A DNA stretch of 64,000 nt from an uncultured delta proteobacterium (GTDB taxonomy: Bacteria; Myxococcota; Myxococcia; Myxococcales; Anaeromyxobacteraceae): positions 96,001 to 160,000 of the forward strand of contig CAWJSR010000023.1 in assembly GCA_963845515.1 (NCBI GenBank), in the 5' to 3' direction. The position numbers and the translations under genes were made by a program. Each line of letters begins with the position of its first letter. Position 1 is the stretch's first letter. Under the pieces are notes generated by a model. The model saw nothing but the letters and a program-made list of their open reading frames with translations, did no database searches and was not told the origin of the DNA. Below are positions 23,089-37,835 of this stretch, in pieces.

Positions 23089-25719
23089 TCACTGCCCCTG
23101 GGCCGGGGCCGGCGCAGGCTGGGTGGCCCCGTTCGGCGGCGGCGCTTGCGGCGGCGGCTGGGCGGCTCCACCTGGCGGCGGCGCCGACGGGCCCGGAGGT
23201 AGCGTCTCGGTCTCCGGCAGGTCGCCGGCGTCCTCGTCGGTCACGCGGGGCACCGGCTCGTCGGCGGCGTCGTAGTAATCCTTGCCCGCGCCCGTACCGG
23301 GCCCCGGCCCCGGCGTGGGGGCCGCGCCGGGCTGGGTCATGCCCTCGCCCGGGAGCCCAGGCCCGCCGTTCTCGAGCCGCTGGGACTCCTCGTTCACCGC
23401 GCGGTGGATGCGGGAGAAGGGGCCGGCCTTGCGGTCCCACTCGATGGCCACGTCGTACTTGGACTTGGTGCCGTAGAAGGCCTCGATGAACTCCTGCTGC
23501 TCCTTCCGCTTCCGCTCGAAGATGCGCCGGTAGTCGCTCTCGTCCCTGATGATGTACGGGGTGAGGAAGAGCAGCAGGTTCGTCTTCTGCTTGCTCGTGA
23601 CGGTGTCGCGGAAGAGCCAGCCGATGATCGGCAGGCTGCCGAGGAGCGGGACCTTCTTCACGGTCTTGGTGTTCCGGTCCTGGATGAGCCCGCCGATGAC
23701 GATGGTGCTCTGGTCGCGGGCGACGATCTGGGTCTTCACGCTCCGCTTGGAGGTGGTGGGTCCGAGGAGCTGGTCGACGCTCGCGATCTCCTCGGTCTGC
23801 TCCTCGATGGTGAGCTTGACGTTGTCGCCCTCGTTGATCTGCGGCTTGATCTTGAGCTTCAGCTCCACGTTCTGGCGCTGGATCGGCGCGATGTACGACG
23901 AGAGGCCGGCGAGCGCCGTGGTGGCCGTCCCCGAGGTCCCGCTGAGGAGCGAGCTGAGGCCGGGCGGCGCGTAGCCGGACTGGAACGGGACGTTCTGGCC
24001 GACCGAGATCTCGGACTCCTCGTTGTCGGCGGCGAGCAGGTGCGGGGTCGAGAGGACGTTGACGTCCGAGTTGGACTGGAGCGCGTGGATCACGAGGCCG
24101 ATCGACGGGAACTCGAGGCCGGTGAGCGCCTTGAACTCGCCGGAGATCGGGGCCGGCGAGGCCGGTGAGGAAGCCGCCCAGCTTCACGAGACTCGTTCAG
24201 CCCCGTCGGCCGTGTTGAGGCCGAGGGAGGAGAGCGCCTCCGGGCGCCGAGACGAGGGGGAGGACGCTCGTCTCGCCGTTGATGCTCACCGGGACGAGGT
24301 CGTGCGCCCCCACGCCGAGCTGCATGGACGTCGTTCAGGTTCACCTCCATGATCACGGCCTCGACGAAGACCTGCCGGCGCGGGCGGTCGAGCTTCTCGA
24401 TGATCCGTGGAGATGGCCTGGAAGTCGCTGCCGCCCGCCTGGATGACGAGCGCGTTCTGGCTCTTGTCGGCGGTGACCTTCACCTCGCCCGAGAGGATCT
24501 CGGCGGTGGCGGCTCCGGCCGCAGCCGCGGCGCGCGGCGCTGGCGGCTCGGCCGGCTGGGCGGGCCGGGTCGGGGCGCGCCGCCGCCGGCCGCGCTGCGA
24601 GCTCGACTTCCCCTGGGAGAGCGCCGAGAGGGTGGCGGCGATGTCCTCGGCGCTGGCGTTCTTGAGGAAGACGACGTGGATCCCCCCCTCGCCGGCGGTG
24701 GGGACGTCGAGCTGCGCCACCAGCTCCTGGATCTTGGCGAAGCTCTTCTCGTCGGCGATGACGATGAGCTTGTTGCTGCGCTCCTCCGGCATGATCTTGG
24801 TGACGGACACCTCGCCGCCGCTCGAGGCCGCGGGTGCGCCGGCGGCGCCTGGCGCCGCGCTGATGCCCGGCCGCTTGCCGCGCGCCGGGCCGCCCCCCGA
24901 CTGCTGGAAGATCTGGTTGAGCTTCTCCGCGATCTCCTTGGCCGGCGCCCACCGCAGCTGGATGAAGCGGACCTGGTCGCCGAGCCCCGGCCGGTCGATC
25001 GCCTCCATCATCTTCTCGAGCCGGCGGATGTTGAGGCCGATGTCGGTGATGATCAGGACGTCGGGCGGGATGGCCTGGATGTCGGCCCCCTGCGGCGACA
25101 GGAAGCCGCTGAGGATCCCCTTCATCTGGTCAGCGTCGACGCTGGTGAGCCGGATGAGCTTGGTGATCGGCTGCTCTAGGGCCGGTGTCGGGGACCTGTC
25201 ACCCACGTAGGTGGGGATCGGGACCTTCTTGGCGTCGCCGATCCGGACCAGCTTGTAGTAGCGGCCGGTCGGGTAGATGGCGATGTTGTTCGCCGAGAGC
25301 GTGGCGAGGAACGCGGCGTAGGCCTCGTCGGCGTTGACGGCCGTCTTGGACAGCAGCGTGATCTTCCCGCGCGCGATCTCGTCCGTGTAGATGAAGTTGC
25401 GGCAGGTCCAGCGGCTCGCCTGCTCGAGGACGTCCACCAGCTCGGCCTTGTTGAAGGTGAGCATGAACCGTCCCTGGAGCGGCTGGCAGCGCCCCTCGCC
25501 GCGGCCGGTGGCGGGGGCGGCGGCCGGCCTGGCGGCTGCGGGCGGGACCGTCCCGGGGACGGCAGCCGGGGCGGCCGTCGGAAGGGCGGGCGGTGTCGGG
25601 CGGACGGGCTGCGTGAAGCCGGGGCGCGGCGGCGGCACGGGGCGCGGGGCGGTGGGCTGGGGAGCCTGCGCCGCCGCGAGGGCCGGGAGGAGGAGCGTGA
25701 GCGTGAGGAGCGTTCGCAT
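23089..25719 (-). CDS. gspD: Type II secretion secretin GspD; several apparent frameshifts near 24100-24600
   Basis: Signal peptide plus N0-N3 domains in ORF 24286-25719; secretin core (LSTPHL, IGGLI, KVPLLGSLPIIGWLF) in ORF 23089-24093. Confidence 0.92.
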
Positions 25720-25738
25720 GACGTGGCCCTGGTCCCGG

Positions 25739-26725
25739 TCACGGACCGGTGATGTTGTATTCCTTGCGCAGCGCGTGCCCGCCGCGCTCCGCCTCGATCA
25801 CGACGTTGCTCGACTCCTTGAGCTTGGTGAGGAGCTCCAGCGCGCGGTCGGGTGAGTTGATCTCGTAGCCGTTGATGCGCTGGATCACGTCGCCGTTCTC
25901 GATGCCCATCGACGCGTAGAGCGAGCCGGGCTGGATCGAGAAGAGCTTGAACCCGTTGGCGACGCCGTTCTTGAACGACGGGACGATCCGGGCCTGCGTG
26001 GAGATGGTGCTCAGGTTGGAGAGCTGCTGGTCGATGACGCCGCGAGAGACCTCGTACTTGTTGTCGCCGACGGACCGGATCCCCTGCATCGGCGGCCCCG
26101 CGGCCTTCCCTCCGAACCGGGGTGGCGGCAGCGGCGCGACGCCGACGTTCTGCGCGCCCTCCACGCCGGCGGCGCCCTCGTCGAGGTCCACGAACTCCTT
26201 CGTCCCGCCGTTGCACAGGACCGCGACCACCTTGAAGCCGTTCCCGGTGGCGTCGCGCTCCTCGCGCATTCGCTGGAGGCCGACCACCGTAGCCCCCTGC
26301 ACGGAGTCTCCGACGCCATAGATGCGCGCCTCGCGCGTCCCGAGATCGAGCAGCGTGGCGAGCGACCACCTGGGCTGGTCGGAGAGGACCGACGCGACTA
26401 GCGCCAGCCGCAGGTCGGAGCGGACGGGGGCGGCGGTGGCGTCGTCGCAGGTCTGCGGTCGGACGCTGGCCGCGGCCAGGAGCGCCTCCTGCACGGCCGG
26501 TGGCTCGATCCCGATGAGCCGGTAGAGCCGCTGCGGATCGAGCGCCACCTGGGCTGCCTGCCGGGGCGCGGAGCCGGAGGAGGAGAGCGACAGGTCGACG
26601 TGCGGCGTCGGGCGGATCGCCACGGCGATGAAGGTGTTGACGATCTTCGCGGTCAACCACGCCGCGAGGAAGAGCAGCAGCAGGTTGGCCGCCCAAACGT
26701 ATTTTTTGAGGAAGCGCTCGAGCAT
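25739..26725 (-). CDS. gspC: Type II secretion protein GspC with PDZ domain
   Basis: N-terminal TM; C-terminal GFKLFSIQPGS...GDVIQRING PDZ. Confidence 0.9.
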   Translation of the reverse strand: MLERFLKKYVWAANLLLLFLAAWLTAKIVNTFIAVAIRPTPHVDLSLSSSGSAPRQAAQVALDPQRLYRLIGIEPPAVQEALLAAASVRPQTCDDATAAPVRSDLRLALVASVLSDQPRWSLATLLDLGTREARIYGVGDSVQGATVVGLQRMREERDATGNGFKVVAVLCNGGTKEFVDLDEGAAGVEGAQNVGVAPLPPPRFGGKAAGPPMQGIRSVGDNKYEVSRGVIDQQLSNLSTISTQARIVPSFKNGVANGFKLFSIQPGSLYASMGIENGDVIQRINGYEINSPDRALELLTKLKESSNVVIEAERGGHALRKEYNITGP

Positions 26726-26745
26726 AGGTGTGCCCTGGACCGTAG

Positions 26746-26761
26746 AGCAACCCATGTGCCG
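26746..26761 (-). promoter_or_regulatory. Sigma54 (-24/-12) promoter of the gsp operon
   Basis: CGGCAC-ATGGG-TTGCT on the minus strand about 20 nt upstream of the gspC ATG. Confidence 0.75.
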
Positions 26762-26854
26762 CGGCGTGGCCGGGGGAGGCCAGTGCAACTAGCCGTATCC
26801 CGGCGGCTTTTCCGGGAGCCCGCGGCCGGGTACGGCAGGGTCGAGGCCGCGAGG

Positions 26855-26900
26855 TGACAACTTGGCAATGCGGGGCCAGGCCGGACCCACCCGGTGCCAA

Positions 26901-26907
<7 letters not shown>
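26855..26907. promoter_or_regulatory. Candidate enhancer-binding (UAS) dyads
   Basis: TGACA-ACT-TGGCA (26855-26867) and TGCCA-ATT-AGGCA (26895-26907), 40 bp apart and about 95-145 bp upstream of the sigma54 site. Confidence 0.5.
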
Positions 26908-28327
<1,420 letters not shown>

Positions 28328-28331
<4 letters not shown>

Positions 28332-28495
28332 TGCGGCGGTCGGGTGGGGGTGGGGCCGAGCGCGGCGCGGATCTCGTCGCCGAAGATGGCGAGCGCCCCG
28401 GCGATCACGAGCGCCACGAAGGCGACGACTATCAGGTACTCGACCATCCCCTGGCGGGAGGCTGGGCGCCTGGCCGGCTCGGCGGGCGGGTTCAC
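28328..28495 (-). CDS. Small Flp/Fap-like pilin (55 aa), absent from the ORF track
   Basis: Hand translation MNPPAEPARRPASRQGMVEYLIVVAFVALVIAGALAIFGDEIRAALGPTPTRPPQ; QGxVEY plus hydrophobic helix; stop overlaps the regulator ATG (ATGA). Confidence 0.7.
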
Positions 28496-28517
28496 GGAGG
28501 GGACTGTAGCGCAAGAA

Positions 28518-28660
28518 GGGGAGGGGCCCCAGCAAAGCTGGGGAGGGATCTCCCCTCGTCGCGGGGCGCGAGCCGAGCGAAGCGAGAGCGAGCGGGGCCC
28601 CGCGCAGCAGGGGGAAGGTTCCGCGGGCTCGGCCCGCGGAAGGGGGCGGCACGCCCCCTG
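28518..28660. repeat. GC-rich REP-like extragenic element
   Basis: Multiple short hairpins; 28561-28591 matches 18964-18994 at 29 of 31 nt. Confidence 0.55.
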
Positions 28661-28669
28661 GAAATGACA

Positions 28670-28697
28670 GCAGCGCCCCCGTTTCCGGAGGCGCTGC
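28670..28697 (-). terminator. Hairpin terminator downstream of rpmE
   Basis: GCAGCGCCTCCG-GAAA-CGGGGGCGCTGC followed by tgtcattt on the minus strand. Confidence 0.6.
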
Positions 28698-28723
28698 GTG
28701 TGCTCCGCGGCTGCGGGGCTGCG

Positions 28724-29116
28724 CTACTCGGGCTTCGGCTCGGCGGCCGGCGCGTCGGCGGCGGGCGCCTCGGCGGCGGCCTCCACCTTCTTGGGCGGCT
28801 TGCCGGCGTTGGCCTTCGCGCGCTTGGCGGCGCGGTTCTCCGACGCGGCGGCGGCCTTCTTCGGCGCGGCGGCGGGCGCGGCGGCCGCGACCTTGGCGAC
28901 CGGCTTCTCCTGCGCGGGGGTGGCCGCGTAGCGGGTCTTGAACTTCTCGATGCGGCCGGCCGTGTCCATGATCTTCTGCTTGCCGGTGAAGAACGGGTGG
29001 CAACCGGCGCAGATCTCGACGTGGAAGTCGCCGCGCGTGGAGCGGGTGTCGATGATGTTCCCGCAGGCGCAGACGACGTGGGCGGGCTTGTACGCCGGGT
29101 GGATGGCTTCCTTCAT
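28724..29116 (-). CDS. rpmE: 50S ribosomal protein L31 (Zn-binding type) with Ala/Lys-rich C-terminal extension
   Basis: [27 protein letters not shown]. Confidence 0.95.
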   Translation of the reverse strand: MKEAIHPAYKPAHVVCACGNIIDTRSTRGDFHVEICAGCHPFFTGKQKIMDTAGRIEKFKTRYAATPAQEKPVAKVAAAAPAAAPKKAAAASENRAAKRAKANAGKPPKKVEAAAEAPAADAPAAEPKPE

Positions 29117-29264
29117 GGTGTCCTCTTCGGCCGCTTGCATCCCCCGGGAGCGGGCGATGGTCCGGGCCTGTCTTGTGGAAGGGCGGGATCTAATGGATCC
29201 GGGTGGTTGCGTCAAGCCGATCCCCGCTCCACGGGAAGCGGGTGAGGGGCTGGGGTGGGGCTCG

Positions 29265-30572
29265 CTACTTCCCGCCCCCGACCATCATCTTGAAGAACTC
29301 GTCGTGGTTCTCCACCTGGCGGAACTTGTCGACGATGAACTTCATCGCCTCGACGTTGTCGAGGCCGTTCAGGATGGTCTGGCGCAGGATGTAGATCTTC
29401 GAGAGCCAGTCGGCCGGCAGGAGCAGCTCCTCCTTGCGCGTGCCGCTCTTGCCGATGTCCATGCAGGGGAAGATCCGCTTCTCCATCAGCTTCCGGTCGA
29501 GCACGATCTCGGAGTTGCCGGTCCCCTTGAACTCCTCGAAGATCACCTCGTCCATGCGGCTGCCGGTGTCGACCAGCGCCGTGCCGATGATGGTGAGCGA
29601 GCCACCCTCCTCGATGTTGCGGGCCGCGCCGAAGAACCGCTTCGGCTTGTGGAGGGCGTTGGAGTCGACGCCGCCCGAGAGGATCTTGCCGGAGGGCGGC
29701 ACGGTGGAGTTGTAGGCGCGCGCGAGCCGGGTGATCGAGTCGAGCAGGATCACCACGTCCTTCTTGTGCTCGACGAGGCGGCGCGCCTTCTCGATCACCA
29801 TCTCGGCGACCTGGACGTGGCGCGTCGCCGGCTCGTCGAAGGTCGAGGCGACCACCTCGCCCTTCACGGTCCGCTCCATGTCGGTCACCTCCTCGGGCCG
29901 CTCGTCGATGAGCAGGACGATGAGCGTGACCTCGGGGTGGTTGGCCGTGATCGCGTGGGCCATGTTCTGGAGCATGACCGTCTTGCCGGCGCGGGGCGGC
30001 GAGACGATCAGGCACCGCTGCCCCTTGCCGATGGGCGAGAAGAGGTCCACGACCCGCGTCGTCATCTCGTTCGGGTCGTGCTCCAGGCAGAGCCGCTCGG
30101 TCGGGTAGAGCGGCGTCAGGTTGTCGAAGAGGACCTTGTTCAGGCTCGCCTCGGGCGGCTCCCCGTTGATCGAGTCGACCTTCAGGAGCGCGAAGTAGCG
30201 CTCGCCCTCCTTGGGCTGGCGCACCGTCCCGCGGAGCGTGTCGCCGGTGCGCAGGTTGAAGCGGCGCACCTGCGACGGCGAGACGTAGATGTCGTCGGGA
30301 CCGGGGAGGTAGCTGAAGTCGGGGCTCCGCAGGAAGCCGAAGCCGTCCGGCAGCACCTCGAGCGTCCCCTCTCCGGCGACCTCCATCTCCTCCTTCTTCT
30401 CCTCGGCCGCCTTCGACTGCGCCTGGAGGATCGCGAAGATGAGGTCCTGCTTCTTGAGGACCGAGGCCCCCTCGACGCCCAGCTCGATCGCGAGCTTCGC
30501 CAGCTCGGCGACCTTCCTGTGCTTCAGCTCGGCGATGCTCGGGGTTGCGGTTGTCGTCGCTTCGGACGCCAT
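29265..30572 (-). CDS. rho: Transcription termination factor Rho
   Basis: [39 protein letters not shown]. Confidence 0.98.
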   Translation of the reverse strand: MASEATTTATPSIAELKHRKVAELAKLAIELGVEGASVLKKQDLIFAILQAQSKAAEEKKEEMEVAGEGTLEVLPDGFGFLRSPDFSYLPGPDDIYVSPSQVRRFNLRTGDTLRGTVRQPKEGERYFALLKVDSINGEPPEASLNKVLFDNLTPLYPTERLCLEHDPNEMTTRVVDLFSPIGKGQRCLIVSPPRAGKTVMLQNMAHAITANHPEVTLIVLLIDERPEEVTDMERTVKGEVVASTFDEPATRHVQVAEMVIEKARRLVEHKKDVVILLDSITRLARAYNSTVPPSGKILSGGVDSNALHKPKRFFGAARNIEEGGSLTIIGTALVDTGSRMDEVIFEEFKGTGNSEIVLDRKLMEKRIFPCMDIGKSGTRKEELLLPADWLSKIYILRQTILNGLDNVEAMKFIVDKFRQVENHDEFFKMMVGGGK

Positions 30573-30671
30573 AGGGTCGATCCTGGGGAACGGCGAAATG
30601 TAGGGGGGGGCGGGTGTGGCAGTGGTGTGCGCCGGGCGGCGCGCCCCGGGAACCCGGGGCCAGGAATCCAA

Positions 30672-33486
<2,815 letters not shown>

Positions 33487-33544
33487 CGCCGACGCGGCGC
33501 AGTGCCACCTTGACGCGCCGTCCCAACGGGAAGAATCGGTCGCG

Positions 33545-33829
33545 ATGCCCGACCAGCTCGCCCGCGTCCACCTCCTCGTCACCGGCCTCGTCCAGGGGGT
33601 CGCGTTCCGCCAGTCAGCGGTCTTCGAGGCGGAGCGGCTCGGGATCGACGGCTGGGTGAAGAACCTTCCCGACGGCCGCGTCGAGGCCGAGGCGGAGGGG
33701 GACCGCAGCAAGGTCGAGGTCTTCGCGCGCTGGTGCGAGCACGGGCCGCCGGGCGCAGCCGTCGAGTGGGTGGACACGACGTGGGGGCCGGCGTCGGGCG
33801 TGGCGACGGGGTTCCGGATCGTCAGGTGA
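33545..33829 (+). CDS. acyP: Acylphosphatase
   Basis: GLVQGVAFR, GWVKNLPDGRVE. Confidence 0.93.
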   Translation: MPDQLARVHLLVTGLVQGVAFRQSAVFEAERLGIDGWVKNLPDGRVEAEAEGDRSKVEVFARWCEHGPPGAAVEWVDTTWGPASGVATGFRIVR

Positions 33830-33859
33830 CGTCCGAGCGGTCGCCGGCGCCCGGTCCGG

Positions 33860-34250
33860 TCAGCCCGCGATCACCTTGCCGACCCCCTTCGCCTCCAGCC
33901 ACTTGCGGACCCGCTCCCGCTGGTCCCCCTGCACGACGATCGCGTCGCCCTCCACCGCGCCGCCGCAGCCGAGCGTGCGCTTCAGCGCGTCGCTCCACGC
34001 GGCCAGCTCCTTCGGCGGCAGCGACAGCTTCTCGATCACCGTCGCCTCCTTGCCGCCGCGCCCCTTCCGCTCGAGCCGGACGACCGCGCGGGCGGGCGGC
34101 GGCCTCGGGGGCTTCGCCGCGGGCGCGGGGGGCGGCCGTGGGCGCCGGCGCGGACGGACGGCGGGCAGCCGCTCCGCGAGCTTCGCGAACGGGGAGTTGA
34201 ACGGCGGCCGCGGGTGCGGCGGGCGGGGGAGGGGTGTCGCGCTTGCCCAT
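33860..34250 (-). CDS. yciH: SUI1/YciH-family translation factor; apparent frameshift near 34205
   Basis: Hand translation of the second frame: PFNSPFAKL...RLERKGRGGKEATVIE...LGCGGAVEGDAIVVQGDQRER. Confidence 0.85.
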
Positions 34251-34378
34251 GGGCGGGCGATCCTACACGCGCCCCCGCCTGCGCGGCCAAAGGATCCCGG
34301 TGGGGGGCCGGCGGCAAACCGTTGCTACGTGCGGCGTCCCGACGAAGCGCGGCTTATCTCTCCGTCCGAGGAGGAGTC

Positions 34379-34741
34379 ATGCACTACGTCGACGGTTTCG
34401 TCATGCCGGTGCCGAAGCGGTTCGTCCCGCAGTACCTCAAGATCGCGAAGAAGGCCGCGCGCATCTTCAAGGAGAACGGCGCGCTCGAGGACCACGAGTG
34501 CGTGGCGGACGATCTGAAGGTCCCGCCGGGCATGGCGTCGCCCTTCCCGAAGCTCACGAAGGCGAAGCGCGGCGAGACGGTGATCTTCTCGTGGATCACC
34601 TTCAAGTCCCGCCAGCACCGGGATCGGGTGAACGCCAAGGTGATGAAGGATCCGCGAATGCTCAAGATGATGAAGGAGCCCATGCCGATGGATCCGAAGC
34701 GGATGGCCTACGGCGGCTTCAAGGTGAAGGTGGAGGCCTGA
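34379..34741 (+). CDS. DUF1428 (YbaA-like) protein
   Basis: YVDGFVMPVP...FSWI...MAYGGFK pattern; GAGGAG RBS. Confidence 0.88.
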   Translation: MHYVDGFVMPVPKRFVPQYLKIAKKAARIFKENGALEDHECVADDLKVPPGMASPFPKLTKAKRGETVIFSWITFKSRQHRDRVNAKVMKDPRMLKMMKEPMPMDPKRMAYGGFKVKVEA

Positions 34742-34926
34742 GCCGGGGCGGCGGTCCGATCCCGGACTCCGCGCCGCCCCCCGGTGGAAGGGGGGATGAT
34801 CAGCGGTGGCTGCCTTGCGGCGGTTCGCGCAACCGTGCTACACGCCAGCCCTTTCCGCGGCTCTGCTCTCCTGCCGCGGGTCACGCAGCAAGGGCACTCG
34901 GCGGTTCGAACCCGCCGCCCGGCGAA

Positions 34927-37619
34927 ATGATGCGCGAAACTCCCGCGACCATCCCCGCGATCGACGAGCTCATCCTGTGCGCGCAGAAGCCCACCCGCTA
35001 CGTCGGCGGTGAGTTCGGCAGCGTGCAGAAGGACCTGGCCTCGGCGCGCGTCCGCTTCGCCCTCGGCTTCCCCGACGTCTACGAAGTCGGGATGTCGAAC
35101 CTCGGCTTCCGGCTCCTCTACCACGCGCTCAACGACCGGCCGGAGATCGCCTGCGAGCGGGTCTTCCTCCCATGGCCCGACCTCGAAGGGCTGCTGCGCG
35201 AGCGCGGCGTGCCGCTCTTCACCCTCGAGTCGCGCGCCGACGTGGGCGCGTTCGACATCCTGGGCATCTCGCTCCAGTTCGAGCTCTGCTACCCGAGCGC
35301 GCTCGCGCTCATCGACCTCGCCGGCATCCCGGTCCTCGCCAGGGATCGCGACGACCGGCACCCGCTCGTCATCGGCGGCGGTCCCTGCGCCTTCAACCCC
35401 GAGCCGGTCGCCGACTTCTTCGACTGCTTCGCCATCGGCGAGGGCGAGGAGCTCGCGCTCGAGATCGCCGACGCGGTGGCCCAGAGCGGCTTCCGGAACG
35501 GCGGCGCGTCGCGCGGGGAGCTGCTGGAGCGGCTCGCGCGGATCCCGGGCGTATACGTCCCGAGCTTCTTCCGCCCCCGCTACGACCCCGCCACGCGGGC
35601 GCTCGCCGCGATGGAGCCGCTCCTGCCGGGCTACGAGAAGGCGACGCGCCGGCTCATCGCCGACATCGACCGGCTCCCGACCTCCGCCTACGACCGGCCG
35701 ATCGTCCCGTTCATGTCGACGATCCACGATCGGCTCCCGGTCGAGATCCAGCGCGGCTGCACGCGCGGCTGCCGCTTCTGCCAGGTGGGGATGATCTCGC
35801 GCCCCACGCGGCAGCGGTCCCCGGCCCACGTGCTGCGGCTCGCCGAGTCCGGGCTCTCGCGCTCCGGCTGGGAGGAGGTCGGCTTCCTCTCGCTCTCCTC
35901 CGGCGACTACGCCTGCCTCAACCCGCTCATCGACGACTTCCTGGCGCGCTGGGAGGACGAGCGGGTGGCGCTCTCGCTCCCGTCGCTCCGGACCGAGACG
36001 ATGAGCGCGTCGCTCGCGGAGCGGATCGCCCGCGTCAGGAAGACCGGCTTCACGCTGGCGCCCGAGGCGGCGACCGACCGCCTGCGCGCGGTGATCAACA
36101 AGGGGAACGACGAGGAGGATCTCCTCGCGCGCGATCGAGTCGGTCTTCGCGAACGGCTGGTCGCTGCTGAAGCTCTACTTCATGATCGGGCTGCCGCACG
36201 AGACCGACGAGGACGTGGCGGCCATCGCGTCGCTCGCCCGCCGCAGCCTGGAGCGGGCGCGCCGGACCGCTGCGGGCGGCAAGGGCTCGGTCTCCATCAA
36301 CCTCGCCGCGAGCACCTTCGTCCCGAAGCCGCACACGCCCTTCCAGTGGGATCCGATGATCCTGCCCGAGGAGACGCGGCGGAGGCAGTCGATCGTGACT
36401 GCCGCGCTCGGCGGGAAGCACGGCGCCATCCACTGGAAGCCGCACGACTCGCGCCAGTCGGCCATCGAGGGGGCGCTCGCCACCGGCGATCGGCGCGCGG
36501 GGACTGCCGTGCTCGAGGCCTTCCGGCGCGGCCAGCGGCTCGACGGCTGGACCGAGTGGTTCCGCGAGCACGTCTGGCTCGATGCCTTCCAGGCGTGCGA
36601 GGCGGAGCACGGCGTCGGGATCGAGTTCTTCGCCCACCGCCGCCGGCCCTTCGACGAGGTCCTGCCCTGGGATCGGATCGACGTGGGGACGACGAAGGGC
36701 TTCCTCGTGAAGGAGCGGGAGCGGGCGAGCGAGCAGGCCGTGACTCCGGACTGCGTCCTCGACGCCTGCTCGGCCTGTGGCGTCTGCGACTTCAAGGAGG
36801 TGCAGAACCGGATCCAGACGCCGGAGGGGTACGTGCCGGCGCCCAGGCCGGTGCGTCGCGCGCCGACGCCGATACGCGAGCGCGTCCGGATCAGGTACGC
36901 GAAGCGCGGATCCCTCGTGGCCCTCTCGCACCTGGAGACCATGCACGCCATGCTCCGCGCCCTCCGGCGCGCCGGGCTGCCGCTCGCCTGGTCCCAGGGC
37001 TTCCATCCGAAGCCGAAGGTCTCCCTCGGGCCGGCCCTGCCGGTGGGGGTCCGGAGCGAGTGCGAGATGATCGACGTCGAGCTCTGCGGCGCCGCGGACG
37101 CGGCGGACGTGTGCGCGGCGGCTCGGACCGGAGCTGCCGGCTGGGCTGCCCCTCCTGGACGTCCAGCTGCTTCCGGCAGGCGCCGAGTCGATGCCGGCGG
37201 CGACCCGCGCCGTGCACTATCTAGCCGAGTTTACTGGGGAACACTGGACTGATGGGCGCGCTGGCGGAGCGCGTCGCCGCCTTCGCGGACAGCCCGAGAG
37301 TGGTGGTATCGCGCGAGAGCCCTGCAGGGGCGAAGACCCCCGGGGGGGCCAGAAGATCGCGGCGGCCAGGAAAAGAGAGATAGACTTGAAGGAAATCGTG
37401 ACCCACCTCGCCGTCGAAGGGCCGGGTAAGGTCGCGTTCAGTTTGAGGGCGGACCCGTCCGGAAGCGCGAGACCCAGCGAGGTGCTCGCGGCCGTTTTCG
37501 GTGACGGGGCAGGGGCGCCCGAGGGAGTGACGATCTTGAAGGAAGGCGTCAGCATCGCGAGGACGAACGCGGCCCATGGCAACGGCCAGCCGCGCGCGCC
37601 CCGCTACACCGACGCTTGA
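34927..37619 (+). CDS. B12-binding radical SAM protein fused to radical-SAM-linked (DUF2344-type) domain; apparent frameshifts near 36130, 37120 and later
   Basis: FPDVYEVGMSNLG, CTRGCRFC, APEAAT, YFMIGLP; then SHLE...SQGFHPKPK; conserved position upstream of rne/rng. Confidence 0.88.
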
Positions 37620-37835
37620 GAGTTCAACGCGCCCGGGCTGCGGCCGCCAACGACGCGGCCGCCCGGCGCAGGGGTTGAGAAGCTTGAGCAGTCGCTCGAC
37701 AGGCGTTCGTCCGAGCCCGGCACCGCCGGGAACCGGTCGATCGCGGCCTGCCACATGGGCCCTTCCTCCCCGTGCGCCGAGCCGGCGCCGCCCCGACGAC
37801 GGGCGGGCTGGCGGTCTGGGGAACGGGAGTCCCAC

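Noticed and set aside
34234..37224. 996-aa ORF suggesting a novel fusion
   Set aside because: Composite of off-frame sequence and the radical SAM N-half, broken by an apparent indel.
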